From the human T2T-CHM13v2.0 reference genome, Homo sapiens: DNA of 64,000 bases. Shown here one piece after another: positions 1-15,312 of this stretch. Both the position numbers and the translations under genes were made by a program. Within the stretch, counting starts at the first letter, position 1. The number at the start of each line of letters is the position of its first letter. The stretch lies in the NCBI RefSeq assembly GCF_009914755.1, contig NC_060931.1; one strand, written 5' to 3'. A model generated the notes under the pieces. It was not told the DNA's origin. It worked only from the letters and a program-made list of their open reading frames with translations, and made no database searches.

Positions 1-300
1 TGGGATTCAATCCCTTCTAGACCACAGAATTATTCAAACAAGCCAATCACATCCTCCCACAAGAACCAAGGGGCACCTCACTCTCTTGACATCACAAAGT
101 CTGCCTCCCCTATCACCTGGTTGCTTGTTCTGTTCCCAAGTGCAACCTCTGTGTGGTCCTGCATGGCGTGCAGTGTGCTCCTCCTCTGGGCAGTAGGTAC
201 ATGTGACTAATAAACTGCTGCTTATCTTGTCTGTCCAATGCCAGGTGTCGTTGTTTGGCCATCCTCATAACTCTGGGATGAGAATCTCTCCATCACCAAG
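1..300 (+). mobile_element. ERV(L)-type LTR, 3' portion (MER54/MER74-like), truncated by window start
   Basis: CCAAT box (ccaatcac, ~43), AATAAA (~208) followed by a GT-rich U5-like tract; general resemblance to ERVL LTRs. Subfamily uncertain. Confidence 0.5.
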
Positions 301-554
301 GGGGAAAATAGGAAGTGATTCATATGGTCTGCTGCACAATGTACAACCAATATTTGACATTGTGAATGAGAAGAAATCTTAGTTATATATAGAACTTACA
401 AAAATAAACTTAACTTATTTTGAGAACTTAAAACAAATCCATGTTTGGCCATCTTCATAGACTGGCTTTAGTGTTATAAGCTGAAGAGTAGCACTGGGTA
501 ACTCTCTCTCAACCAGAGGATGTCAGTGATGAAAATGAATTAAAATACATGTTT

Positions 555-1137
555 TGGGGTCAGACAGAATGGGACTGAAATCTTAGCCTGGTCACTTTGT
601 AGGTGTATAGACTTCTACAAGTCATTTAAACTCTTTCAGTCTCACTTCACCCACTCTATAACAGGAAAAAAATAACTTGCTATGGTTTCAATGTTTGTAT
701 CACTCTGAGATTTACAAGTTAAAGCCTAATCCCCAGTGTGATGGTGTTAGAAGGCGGGGCCTTTGGGGGGTGATTAGGTCATGAGGTGCAGCTTTCATGA
801 AAGAGATTAGTGCACTTAAAAAGAGACAGGAGAGCTTGCTTCCTCTCTCTCCCTCCACCATATGAGGGTACAACAAGAAGACAGCCTTGTAAACCAGGAG
901 GATGGCTCTCACCAGACACCAGATCTGCTGGTGCCTCCATCTTGGACTTCACAGGCTCCAGAACCAAGAGAAATCAGTTTCTTGTTTACGCCACCCAACC
1001 CATGATGTTTTTGTTATAACAGCCTAAACTGACTAAGACAACACCTATATCAGAGAGTTATTATAAAGAATAAATAGCACCAGGTAAAGTACCTAGCAAG
1101 TAACCTAGCACATGTTAAAGGCTCAGTAAATGTTACC
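555..1137 (+). mobile_element. MIR SINE split by an MLT1 LTR (pieces ~555-677 and ~1041-1137)
   Basis: MIR core 'caagtcatttaaactctttcagtctcacttc...ctataa' upstream of the LTR; MIR 3' end 'cctagcacatgttaaaggctcagtaaatgtta' downstream. Confidence 0.7.
678..1040 (+). mobile_element. MaLR solo LTR (MLT1A/MST-like)
   Basis: Starts tgctatggttt, ends gactaagaca; contains 'ggtgattaggtcatgagg', 'ctcaccagacaccagatctgctggtgcct', 'ttggacttc'. Confidence 0.9.
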
Positions 1138-1151
1138 TGGCTGCTGTTTGT

Positions 1152-1428
1152 GTTTTTATTTTTACTATTTTTTTTTTGAGGCAGGATCTTGCTCTGTTGC
1201 CCAGGTTGGAATGCAGCGGTATGATCACAGCTTACTACAGCCTCAAACTCCCATCTCAGCCTGTCAAGTAGCTGGGACCACAAGCATGAACCACTACATC
1301 TGGCTAATTTTTTAGTTTTTTGCAGAGATGGGGTCTTCCTATGTTGCATAGGCTGGTTTTGAATTTCTTGGCTCTACTAATCTTCCCACCTCAGCCTCCC
1401 AAAGTGCTGGGAGCCACTGCACCTAGCC
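1152..1428 (-). mobile_element. AluJ with internal deletions
   Basis: T-rich tail followed by antisense Alu body; TSD-like tgtttgtgtttt / tgtttgtatttt on the two sides. Confidence 0.93.
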
Positions 1429-3309
1429 TGTTTGTATTTTTAAATAAAAAAAGAAATGTTTCTTATAGAAAAGAAAATATCTCTGTAAGAAGTAACCACA
1501 AAACCATCATTTATTTTAAATCAACAGGTGAATGTATTCATCAAAGCCTGTCCTTATAGTTGGGACATGCATAAACGTGAATGTTTTCACCTGAGGAAGG
1601 GAGGGATAGAGAAGGAGGAACAGTGTATCTATGCATGAAAACAGAGGCTGCCTGGATAGTGCATGTGGTGTATTCTCAGCAAACTAAGCTGTTCCAGGTA
1701 GAATCCTGATGACTCCTGCTGTTGTTGAAGGAAAGTGATTTCCCTGGAGTCTTCAGGGCAAAGAGGACAGAAGAGTGAGTATTAGTTAATTGTGTGAAAG
1801 ACAGCAGAGATGAGGAGAGAGGATAAAAAATTGTTCTCAGGCACTAGAAACAAGATCTTGAGAAATAATGTTAATATAAAATGGCAGTAAGGAGGAGGAA
1901 ATGAATTAAAGAGAAATCTAGTTTGAGCTAACTCCCAGGAAGTTTCTAGAATTCCAGTAAAGGCTCTAGAAGCAGAAGCAAGAAGGTAAAAGGGGCAGAT
2001 ATGACAGGCACAGATATATTCATGAAGGATACTTCAGAATGGAAGCTCCAGGGTCCCCAAGCAGGTCTGGGGCTGAGAAGAAGACTTCAAAGTCATGAAA
2101 CGTTAAAGATGAGACTGAGAAAGAATAAAAACATAAAAAGTAGCCAAAATAGAAAAAAGAGATTTTGGGCTTTTTTAAAAAAACAGATCATCGTTTGAAG
2201 AAAATGAAGAGAATCTTTTTTTTTTTTCTTAGAAAGAAAGTAACATTATCACTTTCTAAGAAGAGAAGGTTCAATTAGAATACCAGGAAGTACCATTAAC
2301 TAAGATTATTGTGACTTAATGAGAAAGAATTAATGATGTTATTTCCAATGTCCAGATGGCCTTTCTATCTGGCAGAGCTCAGAGCTGCTCCTCTCAAAGT
2401 TTTCTTCTCTACCCAATGTACCTTAGCTGGTCATGCTGCTCTCCCTTAAATGGTTAATGGCTAACAAAAGAGCCATGCGGCAATGCCATTCAAATCACAG
2501 TCACTTGAGGGAAAGATCAAACCCTGTACTCCTGAACTATTGGTCCGCTCAGTTCTGTTTGGTGTTAATAGCCGTCTAGACAAAGGCAGGGCTATTTCAT
2601 TGTAGAGTCCACTCAACAGCTGTGCTTCCTATAACGTATCCGGAGTAAACAATGTATACTAACATGTTTTTAGGTCACTGGTTTACTGAGAATAATAAAC
2701 GTTAGTGTTAGAGTTCTGCAATTCTTCTGTTTCACTATTATATCAGCTTTTAGGTATTCATTTGTGTTTTTTAAAAAATTATGACACTCTTAGTGCTCAT
2801 ACAAAGTGAAAATATATTAAAAGTAGTGACACAAATAGCTTTGCAATATTTTTCTAAGGATTTCTGTAATTTTTATAAAGATTAAATTCATACGAGCTTT
2901 TAACCTGTTATTAAGTACATACATTTCAGCAATAAACAGGGCCCAAGCACATTACAAATTTTAAAAGTGTTTTGCAGTCCCAATAGACTCAAAATTTGGT
3001 ATATTAAATACAATTTGTTCATTGAATTTAGACTAGTTCTTGGAAATTATATGCTGTGAATTAAAAATCATGTCACGGTGCTTTCAACTCAAGAGCTGGG
3101 TAATGATGTATTTTGTTAATAATTCACAAAATGGTGACTTGGGGTCTTGGAGGAATTGATTTATCTTTCAGAACACAAAATACAATTTGGACAGTAACTT
3201 GGCTATGACTGTTTCCTAATGTGAAATTTGTTATATTTACTACACACTAATCCTCTCTCACCTCCTTTATCATCTCAAGGATCAAGAGGAGCTAAAGGTC
3301 ACCCATTAG

Positions 3310-4210
3310 ATCATTTCCTCACTCCACAGACATCTATCAAATACCTACAGAGTGCCAGGCACTAGGATCAGCATCAGTGATACCTCTCACCCAAAGGAAT
3401 ATGCTCTTTGGCTTGAGGCAATCGGCATTCAGTTAGGGATGAAGATACAGTATGATGGGTACATATTGGGAACACACAAGAAGGAGTGATTATGTGGAAG
3501 AACCTAGTAAGCCTGTACTGAGAGGACAGCATTTAAATTGGGTGGGGGAGAAATTCGCCAGTCAGAGAATAAGGGAAAAGGCATTCATTCCAAGAAAGAA
3601 ATCTGCATGTGTAATGCCCCAAAGTATAAAGAGTCAAGCGTTTCAGAGCGGGTGGACCACAGGGTGCTTGTGAGGGAGAGGAAGGTGGGAGCACTGGAAA
3701 AGAAGGTGGTGGAGAGATAGCAAATGATTTGCAGCAAATTTCCACCAAAGGATTTTAAGTAAGGAAGTGAGAAGATTTGATTTATCTTAGGATAATATTT
3801 GAAGGAAGTACAAACTAACATAATAGCAAATAGACATAGGAAGACAAAGAGGCTGTTGTAATATCATAGAGAAAAGAAAATATTGCTGAACTAAGTCAGT
3901 GGGGGGTGGAGAGGAGGGAGTATATTTGATAGTTTCAGGAGGCAGACTTAAAGGTCTTCATGAGCTATTGGATATGAGGACTGAAGGAGGGATTTTAAAT
4001 TTGACAGCTATGAAGATATGATGCCCTTAGCTGCGTAAATACTATGAGAACAGTAGAATTGGGGAAAGCCAAAAATGACAAAGTGGAGAGAGTTTTATTG
4101 GGTTTCTTGAGCTTCAGATGATAAACACCCTCGTCCAGTAGATATGTGCAATAAACAGAGGATCCAGGGATAGAAAGAAGTTACAGATATATAAACAGGG
4201 CTCACTGGTG
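3310..4210 (-). mobile_element. Degenerate L2 LINE fragments
   Basis: 'atcaaatacctacagagtgccaggcact' L2 3'-end motif and purine-rich L2-like body; later interrupted by MLT1. Confidence 0.55.
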
Positions 4211-4215
4211 TGTGC

Positions 4216-4625
4216 AGCTATGGTCTGAATGCTTGTGTTCCCTAAAACTTCGTATGTCGAAATCATAACCTCCGTCAATGATATTAGGAGGCAGGACCTT
4301 TGGGAGGTGAGTGAGATTGGTTCCATTCACTAATGGGCCTCTTTTTAAGGGCACTCATTCCATTCTTTCTCCACCCACATGAATTGGATTAGTGCCCTTA
4401 GAAAAGAGACCTGCTGGGAGCTCATTTGCCCCTTTGTGCCATGGGAAGAAACAACTAGAAAATGCAGTCTGTGAACCAGAAAACAGGCCCTCACCAGACA
4501 CTAGATCTACTAGCACCTTGATCTTAAACTTCCTGGCTTCCAAAACTGTGAGAAACAATTTTTTGTTTGTTTATAGCTACCTAGTTTACGGTGTTTGGTT
4601 ATAGCAGCCCAAATGGGCAAAAATA
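4216..4625 (+). mobile_element. MaLR solo LTR (MLT1A-like) carrying an internal inverted duplication
   Basis: 'gctatggtctgaatg...ctcaccagacactagatct...ttatagcagcccaaat'; extra inverted segment at 4331-4382. Confidence 0.88.
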
Positions 4626-4649
4626 TAGCAGTTGAAGCCGATCTAGTGA

Positions 4650-5084
<435 letters not shown>

Positions 5085-5286
5085 TGACCTAAACCACTGT
5101 TTAAGTACCATTGTTTAGGGGATTACTGATACTTGGTAAGTTATTAAAAAAATTGATACTAACAAAATCTAATCTTAATAGTTTCATTAAAGATAATTGA
5201 ATTATCTTCTTTTTATAAGTCATATTCTTAATGTCTGTCAAATTTCCAAATTGTTAATGTCAGAAACAGTAAAATCTAGCAAAATG

Positions 5287-5366
5287 GACATAGATACATA
5301 GATACATAGATATAGACATAGATACAGAGTTAGCTCAAATAGAGTTGTACATGTAGACATAGATAT
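5287..5366. repeat. (ACATAG/ATATAG)n degenerate hexamer repeat
   Basis: gacatagatacatagatacatagatatagacatagatacag, and again gtagacatagata. Confidence 0.8.
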
Positions 5367-7058
5367 AATTCAGTATTTGTCTCCATGAAGGGGTGCCTCT
5401 TCTAATGTCTTACTTTCTACCTTTCAATCTCTGCATTTTTCATCCTAGGAGGATCTGTTTATCACCATCAGGTAACTTCCAGTTCATATTTGCCTCAGTA
5501 TTTCCAACTTTGTTTATCCAAGGAGAGTGACTCATGCTTTTGACAAGATATTTTCATTGCAAGTGTGTATAGGCACGTAGCACTGTAGCAATGTCATTCT
5601 GACATGGCATGCCGAGAGTGACCTGTAGCAGAATTCCCAAGTGGATCTGAGAATGGAAACTAGAAGTTATTTTCAGCACCATCCTTTGGTTAGACCTGCA
5701 CAAAATCGGAGGTAATTCAGATATCCTCAGTAAGTTGCCCAGCAATTTCCATTAACTGTGCCATTTTGGATGATTTTATTGCTATGACCCTGAAATGAAA
5801 ATGGACCAGATTTCATTTTACTCCTCTTCTTTCTTTGCCCTATAGAGCAATGTGAGTTCATGCAATTATATCCCCAAGCACACAGCCTAGGCAGATGTAT
5901 ATATGAGCCGTCACATAAAATCCCTACACATTTACACAGTGTATTTGGATAACATACACACATAATAAAGCTTTCCATAGATACTTTTTCATTCTATGTT
6001 CTCACTTCTAAGTGAGCTGAAAATCAACGCAAGAGATCACTAGAATGTTTCACCCAGATGACATTATTGTCATATGTGCCATACCATAATTCATACATTA
6101 ATATGTAAAAATGACATTTTTTAATAAAATGTGTCACTTTAATTTAGAGCTGAAGGAGAAGACATAGGAAAATATTTTCCAATTCATTAGGCCACAGGCC
6201 CAAAGAAATAAATCCTTCTGATGAATCCTGTCATCACATTGTAATTCCAACACTTCAATATTCTGAAATTAACCAGACCCATGCCACCCCCACCTCACTA
6301 TTTCAGCCTAAAATGCTTCCAGAAAGTTCCCCAAGCACTAGCTGTGAAATTACATTGTGTACTAATGGGAGACCTAGGCAGGAGGTTAAAGAGGGTTTTT
6401 TGCAGTGTGTAACTGATTTCAGATAAGCAGTGAGCTCATGTATCAGGAAAATGACTTGTTTCCTTTTCACATTTTACACAGTGTAGCAGCCAAGGTAATT
6501 TTATGAGCAAGGATTTTGCTGTTGCTGTTACGAATATGATTGTGCATAAGCCAAAATTTGCTGCTGGAGCCCCAAAGCCTTTGAGGATGGCAATTATTTA
6601 TTGTCTTTGGAGGGATTCTTCTTCCTCATGGTCCCATCTAGACCAGGTTTTCAAGAAAGCTCTTGATCTAGTCGCCATTGCAAGAAAAAATGAATTGGTT
6701 AGTTGGGGCTGCCATCACTATTCTATTTTGATTCCTGAGGACTTCCTCAGATTACACCCATCTCTGGCCAGCAAAATGCCATGAGAGACTTGGGATTTTT
6801 CTTATAGGCATATCTTAGAACTTTCCTGCTAACTAGAAAGACAGTCAGCTCCTTGAAACCAAAGCACCCCCAATCCTACTCTGAGTCAGAGAATGTTTCC
6901 TATTGACTTCAAATATGTTCCTCTAAACATCTTATGAGCATGAGTCTTGGGGAGGAATTTAGTTCCATTTATAAAGCTTTGATTTCTAGAGAAACTCAAA
7001 GTCAGCACAAACATACTTCCATTTCCTAAGCAGTCTCTCAGTATATGCCTCTTGAATA

Positions 7059-7140
7059 CATTCAACAGCATTTATTGAGCACCTACTATATGTTAGTGTT
7101 TGGGATATATCTGTGAACAAAATGAATAGCCCCATTCTCA
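7059..7140 (-). mobile_element. L2 3' end fragment
   Basis: 'cattcaacagcatttattgagcacctactatatg' canonical L2 terminus. Confidence 0.8.
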
Positions 7141-7155
7141 AAAGTCTTCATGATG

Positions 7156-7243
7156 AAATACTTTAAGAAACCCTGTGTTAAAACCCTGTGTTAAAACTCT
7201 GTATTTAAAACAGTTAAATACTTTAAGAAACCCTGTGTTAAAA
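7156..7243. repeat. Nested direct repeats: exact 28-mer x2 plus 13-mer copies
   Basis: aaatactttaagaaaccctgtgttaaaa at 7156-7183 and 7216-7243; ccctgtgttaaaa at 7184-7196; degenerate copy at 7197-7210. Confidence 0.95.
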
Positions 7244-7744
7244 AGTCCCTGTAGAGACTTATCAGAGCTGATAACATTCTAAAAAGTATTGTAAGGTTCT
7301 AAGAGGGACAGAAAAATCTGTAGTCTTTCCCCACATTTATTTTAAAATAGAGTATTTTTTTAATCCATCACGACTAGTTTTTTGGAACATACTGCTCCAT
7401 GTTAATAACATTTTTCACTCCTATATAGTCATAGCTTTTGACCATGCTCGTTTATTGACTGTTCTAAATTTTAAGCCCATGAACTCAAAGGCTAGAATAT
7501 TGTCTAATACTCTGGTATTTAAGAAAAGTAATTTGCTATGGGCACTCCCTGAATTTTAAATGTCATAATATTAACCAAAGTTTCCATTTACATTTTCAAT
7601 GCTTCAATAATATAAAACTAATCAATAAGATGATATTAAGGGCCATCTTAATGCATGTGTTAGGCACTGTGCTGAGTACTTTTTGTGAAGAGCTAGATTC
7701 AAATTCCAATATTCACAATTAAGGCAGCAACTGTTAACTCAACT

Positions 7745-8657
<913 letters not shown>

Positions 8658-9185
8658 ATTATCTCCATGTTTTCAATGAGGAAAGTGAGACATAGATAAA
8701 TAACTTGCCCAAGGCCACACAGCTAATCTGAAGTGCACTGAGATTCACCCAGAGGAAGGCTGCCTCCAGTCCCAGGGCTCAGGGCCCTCCCAGTGTGGAA
8801 AGCTACTTAGGCGTCATTGTACTTGTTGTTTATTTGCTATAACTGCAGAGGACTCTCCACACCCTCCCCACTCCGCCAGTCAATTACATTGTTCTCATTT
8901 CCTCAGTAAACTGTAATTTTCTTTTAGGGAGGGTCCTTCTTATATTGACCTTGCTGATATTGATTTGTTGAATATGCAAAGTGAAATTCTTGTGATTTTT
9001 CTAACCATGGACTTATATACTTTTGTGTTTATCAAATGTGTATCTCACATACATCATGCTGTCCCAGAGTTTTCTGTTTCCTTTGATTTATTTTATACAA
9101 GGGAGTGAAAGATGGCAGTGGCTATAGCAGAGAAAGCAGAGAGCAGAGTTGGTGGGTAAATTGTGTTCTTATTTAGAAAGAAGAT

Positions 9186-9509
<324 letters not shown>

Positions 9510-9979
9510 TCAATAAATCAGTGACTAGGATGAGGTGGGGGAAGGAGGATCCGAGGGGAGACAGGAAAGGTAGAAAAGGAGATTCTTTCCTGATGTGTTC
9601 CAAAATTTGCAGGGAATAAATGTGCTGCAGTTACTTTATTTGGACGAGGAAAGGGAATAATCATGTGAAAAAAATAGTCATGTGGTGATTTATTTAAAAC
9701 ATGAATTTTGTATGATAGAATAGATGTGTGTGTATAAAAATCGTCAATAATTTCACACAGACTGCTATAGGAATGATTAAAAATTCACGGTGAAGAGAAA
9801 CTACTTCGAAGTATTACATTAAATAAGTTTCAATAGGTCTTTATCATATTGATTTTCAGTCAGCATTGTTCAAACATAAAAGGATGTTGAAACATTCTGT
9901 ATTTCAGGATATTGGTTCCATCAACATTTAATCCCAGGTCCTCTTTAAGCAAATATCTATTGAAAATCTACTCTTCGTT

Positions 9980-10700
9980 TACTCAAAATATATTTATTAA
10001 GGCCTCACTATATGCCAGGCACACTGCTAATTGCTATGAGATATACAAAGATGAATACATTAAGGAATATAGTTTAAGTTGTATGCATTGTACCAGCTAG
10101 GAAAAGTAAGGAATTTAGTTTACTGTTTAGGATATGGCAAAAAATAATCACAGGGTTTCCATGTAGATTTAATGCGGAAGAAAACAGAGAGTATTGAAGG
10201 CTTTCAAATGTTAGCGTAATGTTATGAATTTAGTTGCTGAATGAAGGTTAATTTGGCAATGGTGAACAGGACAGATTGGAACTGAGCTCTGGAAGGTTAC
10301 TGGAGTCATCTATAACTAAGATGATGAGGGCCTGGTCTAGGATGATGGAAGAAAGAGTAGAGAAAAGGAACAAATCCCGGACATGCTCCATGAAAGACAA
10401 ACAAACAAACCTCACAACCAAATAAACTGAGAACAAAAATAGGACCAGAGAATAACTTACTGAGAAGGAAAATTGGGGAATTAGTTAAAGAGCAGTCCAA
10501 GTTTTAAGCCTAGACATGTAGGACTTGGTGTCCCTAACAACCAAGACAGACAGATGAGGGAGAGCCACTTTGCAGAGTGAAATTCTAAGTTCTGTTCTAA
10601 TCATGTCAGTTTAAGGTAATTATCCCACACCAAAGCCAACAAGCACATGTGGCAATCGCAGACCCAGGAACTGAGTCCAGATGAGAGGTAGCATGAAAAG
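9980..10700 (-). mobile_element. Degenerate L2 fragments
   Basis: 'atatttattaaggcctcactatatgccaggcac' terminus plus L2-like 'gatgatgagggcctggtctagg' and 'ttttaagcctaga' motifs. Confidence 0.5.
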
Positions 10701-10989
10701 TCTTATACTTTACACCACCAGACAGCCAAGAAGCAGCCATGAAGCAAAACTAAAGTGTATTTTACCTTATAAATAGGAAAATGGTGTCCACAAACCCAGG
10801 CTTCTACACATCTTCTTGCCCTCTTTACCTTTGGCTTACAGGAACGGGTACTTTGCTTATTTTGCTTTAAGTTTCTGCCACCTAATCTGTCTATCCACCT
10901 CCTTCCTTTTCCTTTGGCCACCACCCTAGCTGGCCTCAGCCAATGCCTGGGTACTCAATGCTTTTACTTCTATACCAGAAAATTAGAAC

Positions 10990-11352
10990 CAAGAGACACT
11001 AAGCATAGCATAGACATAGCGTCACCAGTATCCCACCTGCTGTACTATCCTTCCCAGCCTCCCTTGTAGTTAAGTGAGGACCATGGAACCAGTTCTGGTG
11101 GGTACACTGTGAGACAGAAGAAGTGTACCCTTCAGCATTGTGCAGAGACTATCTCCTCCAAGCTCATTTCCCTCTTGTGACAACCTTGGAGGCCATGTGC
11201 TCTGGACAGTGTCACGACACAATGGAGGCAAGCCCACATGACCCATTCACATTGGACTTTGTGTAAGCAAAGATTAAGCCTCAATTGGGTGAAGCCACTG
11301 AAATGTAGGAAGTGGTCTCTTGTGGTCACTAGTATTATTTACAACAACTCAC
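10990..11352 (+). mobile_element. Old ERVL/MaLR LTR (LTR33/LTR16-like)
   Basis: 'ttcccagcctcccttgtagttaagtgaggaccatg...agttctgg' and 'tgaagccactgaaatg' motifs. Confidence 0.6.
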
Positions 11353-11928
11353 ACAGCAGCCTAGACAACCTTGACATTTAAGAATGAATGAGCTGTTTCT
11401 ACAATAATCAAAAAGCAGGGCAAAGCCTTCATTAGAGAGGAGAATCTGTATTGCCTGTATCTCAAATTTGCTTTCTCAAAATCTATATCTTGTTTGTACC
11501 CCCACTCCCAAGCTGTGAAGATTTTATATTTAAATAAATAAGAAGTGTTCATAAGTAATATTATCTACTGGAATGCAATGGGAGGGCAATTGTAATGGGG
11601 GGATCTGAAGACCACTGCTACTCATGTAGTTATTCCTTAACTTGCAGTAAGAGTCACCAGATGATTATTACTGCATATTCTGCTTTGCTTAAATGCTATG
11701 CAAACAACATGAAACAACATGTAACAACACCGAAGAAACTTTTCCTGTGAACATTAGTTTGAGGAGCTCATGCTGAACTAAAACACATCTGAACACTATA
11801 CTTTAACAAGTGTGCTTTCCCACTCTATTATGGACATTCAGTCCTTAGATAAAATCTAACTAGTTAATTATGTCATGGGCTTCTTTTGTTTTAAATATGA
11901 CGTTTGTTGGTGTGAAGTTATTGATGGA

Positions 11929-12384
<456 letters not shown>

Positions 12385-13092
12385 TGAGGTTACATAAGTG
12401 AAGTGCAGAATGATTAGGGTTTACTGAGTAAAAGGCATATTACAAAGCTTTGGCATGAAACACACTCTGTGCTAGCACTCTATACTTTTTCCCACACAAA
12501 TCTGGGGAAAAGGATGTCTGGTTCCTTGTTTTGTTTGTGCATGAGCTCTTTTCTAGGAATTCTGTGGAATTCCTATTCTATTAGAAGCCCAAGTTCAAAG
12601 CTATGACACACAACAAGTTGAATTCTTTACATATTTAAGATCAAGTATAACACCATATCTACACAATTATATTGTTGAGTTGGGATATTTCAATTCTCAG
12701 AATGATCTGATAAAATCAGCCTTGTGGTTTAGATGCTTGAGGACCCATTCTTTAAGAAGACAGCTGAAAACAAGTGTCACCAAAGAGATGGTTGATAGAG
12801 ATTCCAAAGGTAAATATGCAAGAAGCTAGTGATTTTGGAAGCTGGTGAGTTTAGCAAGATACAATAATTATATTGAGGTCGAAGAAAAGCTGCCAGAAAC
12901 ACCATGATCTTCCAGCAGCAAGCAAGTGTTCTGAAACACAAATTGTGCTTAAAGTGAAATGTTTTCTTGTAAAACCTGTCAAGAATTATCAAAGTGGGGC
13001 AAGGTTCAAATTTAACACTTAGTGACATTATAGTTTTTACTTAGTTTGGAAAACAAGAATTAGTTAAAACTTCTTTAAGATTTTGACACAAG

Positions 13093-13424
<332 letters not shown>

Positions 13425-14015
13425 TTACTTCCTAGTTTCTGATAGTGAAATATAAATCTTGAAACCACATACCCCCTTGCCTCTAGAAGTTTACTCTTCT
13501 GTAGAGCAGCAATCTGACCCACTTTCCCTCATTATCTTTCCAGCCGTCTGGAGCAACTCTCCAGAGCCACATGTGTCCTAAGAGTTCCCATTGGCTCCTT
13601 AGCTAATATTTATAGGAACAGAAGGGATTTGAACTAAGGCCCATCATTCAGCTCATGATAAAGTCACAGATAATGGTGGGTTGGTGGAGGGAGGAATGGA
13701 AAGAAAGAAACTAATGCTGTTGAGAGTCAGTATGTGGCCAAGCAAAACATTAAGTGCTACATAAATCTTGAGCTCCTTCCTCCTCCAAACAGTCCCTTAA
13801 GAAACTATTATTATGGCTGTCTGCCTTTTATTGACGATGATCTGAGACTTTGGGGATTAACTTCCTCTCTAAGTAGAGGTGATAGGATGTGACCAGATGC
13901 ACCAGGCTCTGGAGCCACCTCTGTCCCCACCCTCTTGCTTCCTTGGGCTCACATGTCCAACCATGAGCTCTGAGCACTTGCATGCCAGCACGCCACACCA
14001 TCCCTCCAACCACCT

Positions 14016-14042
14016 ACACACACACACACACACACACACACA
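14016..14042. repeat. (CA)~13 microsatellite
   Basis: Direct reading. Confidence 0.97.
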
Positions 14043-14814
14043 GCATGAACATTCACACACAATTTCTGAAAGACTCAATCAGAATCTAGGACAAGGAGAA
14101 TCTCTAGTGCCTGAATACCTTCTATCGAACTGGGTGTTTCCATGATTTCTTACTCATTTGGGATGTGGCTTAACTCCAGTGTCTTCCAATTCTTGGAAAA
14201 TGCCAGAAACTCATAACCGGGGCCCTGCCACCCAGCTATGGCTCCTATCCCCTCTCCTTCACCAACAATCCATCCTGACACCTCCACCTTGACCACTAGC
14301 AAGAACTATGCCTGATGGAGAGACTTTACAACAACGTCTGCTATGCTCATCTGCCTTTAGAATTGTACCCTGGCCTGAGTTTCCCCCTCCCGAGTCCTAT
14401 CTGTCAGTTGGGTCCCTAGTTATTGATAATGGCCAGAATTATTCATGACATTGAAAGTGAGTCCACAAAGATTGCAAAGTTGCCCTTTCCAGAAACCACT
14501 GTAGCTAGGATAATCCCCCTCCAGTCCACCCAGGGCCTGAGCAGCAGGTCCTTATGTAGATCTGGCTTGTCTACTTTCTGGTCTTCCCAGCATGCCACAC
14601 CACTGAGCTCATCTCGTGTCTTTCTCACCAACAAGTAACCAACAAGTACTACCCAGGAGCAAGTCTGGAAGTGTTCATTTTTTTTTCAGTAATGAAAAAT
14701 GTGCAAGGGCATGGTTTGTACCCTGAAAAAATCTGGCATTTCCTCCATTTGAGACATTGAAGCATATATGGAAACAAAGTGACTTTTGTTTATTTTAAGT
14801 AGTATGTAAAACTT

Positions 14815-15312
14815 TGTAGATTGACTCTAAAGACAATCACCAACAATTCCTACCATGCCTCTTCTCCTAGTAAGAGGAAGAGTCTGTTTCTCCTCCATTT
14901 TAATTCAGACTGAACTTTTCACATGCTTTAACCACTGTGCCAGTTTGGGGGCTTGACACATCCTTCTTTGCTCTTGGAACAAAGGCCCTTGGAGCCCTGG
15001 GCTACAGTGCAAGAACCATAATGACCCTGTTGGAGAGAGAAAGAGAGAGAGGGAGAGACACAGAGCAACCCAGCCATTCCCAGCGTTTCAGTCACCCCAG
15101 ATGAGGTGCCAGACATATGAATGAAGCCATCTCAGGCCTTCTAATCTTAGCTGATCTCCTAACTGAATTCAAAGTGACACCACCTGGAGCAAAAGGACCA
15201 CCCAGCTAAGACCTGCCAACCCATGGAATGATGAGGAGTGTTAAACCATCATCGTCTTAAGCAATTGTCTAAGTGTTAGTGTGGTTTGTATACAGAAATA
15301 TATGGCAGAGAC
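14815..15312 (+). mobile_element. MaLR solo LTR (MLT1G/H-like)
   Basis: 'tgtagattgactctaaagac...caacaattcc', 'ccagacatatgaatgaagccatc', 'cacccagctaagacctgccaacc', 'gtggtttgtatacagaaata'. Confidence 0.75.

Noticed and set aside
5554-5745. Possible minus-strand exon (ttttgtgcAG ... cag/GTCACT)
   Set aside because: Weak donor and no recognisable peptide.
6503-6784. 93-aa ATG ORF in apparently unique DNA
   Set aside because: No recognisable domain, promoter or convincing splice context; length within chance expectation.
7156-7243. CRISPR-like repeat-spacer (28-bp repeats, 32-bp gap)
   Set aside because: Only two copies, the gap is itself made of repeat sub-copies, the context is eukaryotic and there are no cas genes.
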